A DNA stretch of 64,000 bases. Origin: an uncultured cyanobacterium (lineage in GTDB: Bacteria; Cyanobacteriota; Cyanobacteriia; Pseudanabaenales; Pseudanabaenaceae). Each line of letters opens with the position of its first letter. Positions within the stretch are counted from its first letter, which is position 1. The stretch spans positions 2,368,001 through 2,432,000 of the forward strand of contig OY969811.1 of NCBI GenBank assembly GCA_963703315.1, read 5' to 3'. Of this stretch, positions 59,568-64,000 are shown piece by piece. The notes under the pieces are model-generated. The model was not told the DNA's origin, made no database searches, and saw nothing but the letters and a program-made list of their open reading frames with translations. Position numbers and translations under genes: made by a program.

Positions 59568-59723
59568 CATAAAGGGTTGAGCATTTGCATTGCCAATTTA
59601 TACCAATTCACAAAAGTGTTGTCACACTTTTGTGAATTGGAGACCAAACGCAGTAAGGGTTTTTAGTTCTGGTATTTAGAGGCGTGAGTATAAAGATATT
59701 GGTGCAAATGCTCAACCCCTATG
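59568..59723. repeat. REP-like doublet with nested family B element (59600-59675)
   Basis: CATAAAGGGTTGAGCATTTGCA ... TGCAAATGCTCAACCCCTATG arms enclose ATACCAATTCACAAAAGTG...CTGGTAT. Confidence 0.7.
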
Positions 59724-59801
59724 AGTTTGTTGTTATAAATTAATGATGCGAATAATTTATGACAGTAACGACTTTTTGAATTTTTTAATATAATAAAAAT
59801 C

Positions 59802-59987
59802 ATGCAAAATTCAGATTATTTTGAAGGCTTAACTTGGACAGCCGAAGCCAAGATCAAATATAAAAACATTCCCTACTTTGTGCGATCGCAGGCTCGTCAA
59901 CGCATCGAACAGCTAGCAGTAGCGGCGGGTAGTGATACGATTACGGCTGAAATTGTCGAAAAAGCAAGGGTTGAGTTCGGGCAGTGA
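59802..59987 (+). CDS. PCP reductase (BchB/ChlB C-terminal-like) small domain protein
   Basis: [26 protein letters not shown]...[14 protein letters not shown]. Confidence 0.85.
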   Translation: MQNSDYFEGLTWTAEAKIKYKNIPYFVRSQARQRIEQLAVAAGSDTITAEIVEKARVEFGQ

Positions 59988-60901
59988 CAGAAACATCAGG
60001 AAAATCAACGGGCGATCGCGGCTATTTGTTAACAGAACAAGCCAATCCCCACAGCCACAATTTAGATCGGCTCAGTCCTCTCGAAATTGTGGAACTGTTT
60101 AACCAAGAGGATGCTAAAGCTGTTGCCGCCGTAGGACAGGAAAAAGAAGCGATCGCTCAAGCGATTAGTGTCATTGCCGACGCGCTATCCAATGGCGGCA
60201 GATTGTTTTACATTGGCGCTGGGACGAGTGGCAGACTGGGCGTGTTAGATGCGGCGGAATGTCCACCGACTTTTTGCAGTGATCCTGAATTAATTCAGGG
60301 CATCTTAGCGGGCGGTATGAATGCAATGGTGCGTAGTTCTGAAGCCCTTGAAGATCGTGAAGATGATGGCGCAAAGGCAATTTCTGACAGAAATATTAAT
60401 GCCCATGATGTCGTGTTTGGGATCACCGCAGGGGGAACCACACCTTACGTGCATGGAGCGCTCAAAGAAGCTAAAAAACGGGGCGCAAAAACAATCTTTT
60501 TCTGTTGTGTGCCACCTGACCAATTTCCGATCCAGTACGATATCGAGATTCGCCCTCTTGTTGGGGCAGAAATTTTGGCGGGATCAACCAGACTCAAGGC
60601 AGGTACGGCGACGAAATTAGTATTAAATACGATTTCCACAGGCGTAATGGTACAACTGGGCAAAGTTTACGGCAATCGCATGATTGATGTCTCGGTGACA
60701 AATAGTAAACTCGAAGACCGTGCAATTCGGATTATTGGCGATCTCACCTCCCTAAGTCGTGACGATGCTGCAAAATTATTAGAGCGATCGGGCAAGCGGG
60801 TAAAGCTCGCATTGTTAATGCATTGGAAAAGTGTTGATGTTGCTACTGCTGAGAAAATTTTACAAGCGAATCATGGACATTTAGGAAAGGCGATCGCTTA
60901 A
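59984..60901 (+). CDS. murQ: N-acetylmuramic acid 6-phosphate etherase
   Basis: [50 protein letters not shown]. Confidence 0.96.
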   Translation: MTETSGKSTGDRGYLLTEQANPHSHNLDRLSPLEIVELFNQEDAKAVAAVGQEKEAIAQAISVIADALSNGGRLFYIGAGTSGRLGVLDAAECPPTFCSDPELIQGILAGGMNAMVRSSEALEDREDDGAKAISDRNINAHDVVFGITAGGTTPYVHGALKEAKKRGAKTIFFCCVPPDQFPIQYDIEIRPLVGAEILAGSTRLKAGTATKLVLNTISTGVMVQLGKVYGNRMIDVSVTNSKLEDRAIRIIGDLTSLSRDDAAKLLERSGKRVKLALLMHWKSVDVATAEKILQANHGHLGKAIA

Positions 60902-60965
60902 TCCCAAAGTAGATGGACGCAAAGCGTTCATCTACTTATGAGTTTTTGAGCCATTAAGATAAAAT

Positions 60966-61301
60966 ATGTTAATTAAAAATGTAGAAACTATGACAGGCGC
61001 AGAACTCCGTCAAGCGATCGCTAATAAATGGGATTATTCCTATGATGTGCAGTTACGCAAAACCCAAGGCAAAATCTTTTTACAAGTAATGTGGCGCTAC
61101 CAAGAGCAACAGTCTTTCTCTATGAGTGAAACAGAATTTATTGAACATCTAAATGCGATCGCCTCCTATTTAAGTGATTGGGGCGTAGTTGAACAAGTTC
61201 AAAAATTTATCGAAATCACCAAAGAGAAACCAAGACTTGGCAAAGCCGTAAGTATTCCTCTACAAATTGGCGAGCGATCGCTAGAGTGGTTAGTCGATTA
61301 A
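60966..61301 (+). CDS. DUF3067 family protein
   Basis: KW..SYDVQLR...GKIFLQVMWRY.EQ.SF, RLGKAVSIPL..GER..EW. Confidence 0.88.
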   Translation: MLIKNVETMTGAELRQAIANKWDYSYDVQLRKTQGKIFLQVMWRYQEQQSFSMSETEFIEHLNAIASYLSDWGVVEQVQKFIEITKEKPRLGKAVSIPLQIGERSLEWLVD

Positions 61302-61528
61302 TCTAAAGATATTCATAATAGTGGCAATCAATAATAGCCCTGAAAATTTATAAAAGTATGACGTATTGCTGACTTTCCAGACTAAAGATTGTACGCTTAT
61401 GATGAAATAGAATTTTCTAACAGTAATTTCAAGAAATATTCTTTAAAATGTTTGTAAATTATTTAGTGAAAAAGTTTCTTACGGTACGCCGCTAACCATA
61501 CCTAAGTCAAAAGCATAAGGACAAAAAT

Positions 61529-64000
61529 ATGAGTCAAGCAGGAACTAACCCATGGGATCGCCAATTTGTTAACCTTGGGCGAATCATGCAGTTCTTGCGT
61601 GATGAAGATAGTATCGACAATTTAGTATCGGCAACCCTCGATTATCTTCGAGACAATTTTGAGTACAAACTACTCTGGATTGGACTCTATGATGCAGAAA
61701 ATCACCGCCTCAATGGGAAAGGTGGCACTACACCTGCGGGAGAGATCAAGTTTTTAAAAGAAAGATTTGGGCTGAATGCAGGGGATCTCCTTGATCAGGT
61801 GATTTTGCAACGTAAACCTGTACCTATTTCCGATCTGCGGCAAGAAAGACGGAGTGGCGAATGGCAAAAATTAGCGCAAAAGTTCGATATTCAAGGCACT
61901 TTACTCTGGCCGATCTATCATCGCGATCGCAGCTTTGGGGTAGTCCTCTTAGGCTCAACCCAATGGAATGTAACTCCCCGCAACGACGAAAGAGCTAGAC
62001 TATCCGTTGTGCTTGGTGCTTTGGGTGCGACACTGAGCCGCCTTGATGATGAGTGGCACTACCACAATGCTAAGCATCCTGATGAACCCTTACTCCAAAT
62101 TCTTTCTAAAATTCGGAATGTCCCTGCACTCAACGATAGGCTAGAAGAGATTGTGCAGGAAACCCATAGCTTTGTGATGCCTGCTCACACAAATATTTAT
62201 TGGTTTGAGCGCGAACATCAATATTTTTGGCGCAGAATTGCCAATCGTCAACCAGGTCCTAAGTCTAAGCAAGCAGTTGACAATACAGCTGGCGTAACCG
62301 TCCAGAACGCTCCGAGTTTGTATCAGGCGCTATCTAAAGATCAAATCGTGGTGGTGGTTGATGCCAAATCCATGACTAAGGGCGAAGTAAGCAATCGCGT
62401 CATGGAGCAGTTTGGGGCAGTTTCGATCATTATTGCGCCCATATTTTTCCAATCAGAACTTTTAGGATTTTTGTCAGTAGAAGGTGATGAACCCCGTCTT
62501 TGGACTGACGATGAGTTGAATTTTGTGCGTGGTGCAGCACAACTAGCCGCGATTACGGCTCCCTTAGAAGAAATGGAAGTAACCCTCGATCGCATTGCTT
62601 CCGATCAAATTCTCACCGCAGGGATTGCCAGAGCCATTTATTCGGATAATGATTGGCAAAGTGCCTTAGATCAAGCTGCCGAGCAGCTATGTCAACGCTT
62701 AGGACTAGAAAGATTTTGGGTTTCTACCTACGATCAAGACAATGATGTATTTCGGGTCAATTTTCAGTATCATCCTAAAAATCGCCGTCCCTTACCCACG
62801 CTGCTGCCTGGACTAGCTCCTGTTGATATGCAAATGATGGAGCAATCAACCGATGCAGCCACTGTAGAAAATCTCGATAGTGATTTTAAATTTCTTTCTT
62901 GGCGCAATGCCTTACTTGACCTTGATGTGCGATCGATGATTGTCAGTAGTACTGCAAGTGGTAAATCCTTAGAGGGAGTTCTTGCCGTCGCCCATGAAGC
63001 TCCGCGTACATGGTCTCGACCAGAACGAGAAATGGTGCAAGCTGTTGCCCAGCAAATTGGCTTAATTGTTCACCAAAATGAGTTACAGCGCTTAGCTGAT
63101 GAACGTCAAAAGTTGCATCAATCTGTCCAGTTTGGATTAGTGGCTCTGCAACAGGCTAATACCCTTGAGAAGCTGCATCACACGGCTACACAGTTAATGG
63201 CTCAAGTTACGCAGTCTCCTTTGGCTGTGTTAGTAGTATGGCTACCAGGACGACAAGGTGGACAAATTGCTTCGGTATTTGCCAGTCGCGATGAATATCA
63301 ACTTAGTGTTAACGAAACTCTACTGGCGATCGAAGATGATCCTCTTGTCCAGTGGGCAACCCAAAGTGAGGGGATTTTGCCTCTCAGTATTCACGACTTA
63401 CCAGAACAGACTAGGGCTTGGCTCAATGCCCCCGCCCTAGGACATTTGATGGTGACTGCTCTACGCACAAGTCCTGAACATCAGCCAACAGGAATGATTT
63501 TGGTAGCCGATCGCGTAGGCAGACGGTGGATTGATCGCCAATTGCAAGCTTTTAATATGTTGGCGAACCAACTATCTTGGTCACGTCGCCATCTATTACT
63601 AGTCGATCACCTCAAGCACAACCGCCAAGAACTCGAACGCCTCAACTGGTACAAGCATCGGCGGTTGGAAGATATCTATCGTACCGTTAGTTCTGGAGTG
63701 CAGCGCTTATTAGATACAGATGCCCGTGCGAATGGTACAGGAGGCATCAACAACATTACTTTGCAAAGTTCTCTCAAACAATTGCAAGGTTCTCTCTCTC
63801 CACTCCCACAGATTATCCGCAAGGAGCAATGGCGGTTACGTCCTAACTATGAGACTGCGCCCCTAGCAGGTATGCTCAAGAGAGCTTTAGAGCGCATTGA
63901 TTCGCTGGTCAAACAACGCCAAATTTGGTCACAGGTACATAACCAAGCCAATGTGGTCGTCGGTGGTGACATCGCCAAGATGGAAATGATTTTAAACGAG
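61529..64000 (+). CDS. Multi-GAF-domain sensor protein (histidine-kinase-like C-terminus expected), runs off window end
   Basis: Manual translation from ATG 61529 (AAGGA RBS): MSQAGTNPWDRQF...LLWIGLYD...IAPIFFQSELLGFL...PRLWTDDE...PRTWSRPE...LERLNWYKHRRLE; no stop seen before the window end. Confidence 0.85.
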   Translation, partial: MSQAGTNPWDRQFVNLGRIMQFLRDEDSIDNLVSATLDYLRDNFEYKLLWIGLYDAENHRLNGKGGTTPAGEIKFLKERFGLNAGDLLDQVILQRKPVPISDLRQERRSGEWQKLAQKFDIQGTLLWPIYHRDRSFGVVLLGSTQWNVTPRNDERARLSVVLGALGATLSRLDDEWHYHNAKHPDEPLLQILSKIRNVPALNDRLEEIVQETHSFVMPAHTNIYWFEREHQYFWRRIANRQPGPKSKQAVDNTAGVTVQNAPSLYQALSKDQIVVVVDAKSMTKGEVSNRVMEQFGAVSIIIAPIFFQSELLGFLSVEGDEPRLWTDDELNFVRGAAQLAAITAPLEEMEVTLDRIASDQILTAGIARAIYSDNDWQSALDQAAEQLCQRLGLERFWVSTYDQDNDVFRVNFQYHPKNRRPLPTLLPGLAPVDMQMMEQSTDAATVENLDSDFKFLSWRNALLDLDVRSMIVSSTASGKSLEGVLAVAHEAPRTWSRPEREMVQAVAQQIGLIVHQNELQRLADERQKLHQSVQFGLVALQQANTLEKLHHTATQLMAQVTQSPLAVLVVWLPGRQGGQIASVFASRDEYQLSVNETLLAIEDDPLVQWATQSEGILPLSIHDLPEQTRAWLNAPALGHLMVTALRTSPEHQPTGMILVADRVGRRWIDRQLQAFNMLANQLSWSRRHLLLVDHLKHNRQELERLNWYKHRRLEDIYRTVSSGVQRLLDTDARANGTGGINNITLQSSLKQLQGSLSPLPQIIRKEQWRLRPNYETAPLAGMLKRALERIDSLVKQRQIWSQVHNQANVVVGGDIAKMEMILNE

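Noticed and set aside
59275..59580. ORFs 59275-59580 (+) and 59355-59570 (-)
   Set aside because: They cross the IS110 boundary and overlap the bridge RNA and REP; no protein motifs
1..64000. CRISPR array
   Set aside because: Repeats are dispersed palindromes, not regularly spaced repeat-spacer units; no cas genes

Overview
Chromosomal window from a cyanobacterium, shown by very dense HIP1 GCGATCGC sites, ndhQ, pirA, hmpF and gas-vesicle genes; a Pseudanabaena-like filamentous strain is my inference. It is mostly housekeeping genes (rsmI, pheS, cobB, nadK, pdhA, pdxJ, ybeY, nusB, pfkA, miaB, mazG, murQ), three tRNAs (Gly-GCC, Lys-TTT, Leu-GAG) and a gvpA-C-N-J cluster. The main find is a complete IS110 (IS621-like) element at 58203-59466. 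Its 5' non-coding end encodes a recognisable bridge RNA whose guide segments match both the element's own junction (ACAGTAT-CT-TGTAT) and the GTAG-type REP palindrome it inserted into (TCTGCCC-CT-ACG). The intergenic DNA holds many small palindromic repeats and MITEs: GC-NAA-GC hairpins whose arms differ between copies yet stay complementary, a MITE with a 6-bp target duplication disrupting vapC, a palindrome translated in frame inside cobB, and a REP with an inverted spacer. Two small conserved proteins missing from the ORF track (NdhQ, PirA) and one frameshifted GTPase were also found. All calls are by eye and from recalled motifs; no searches were run.
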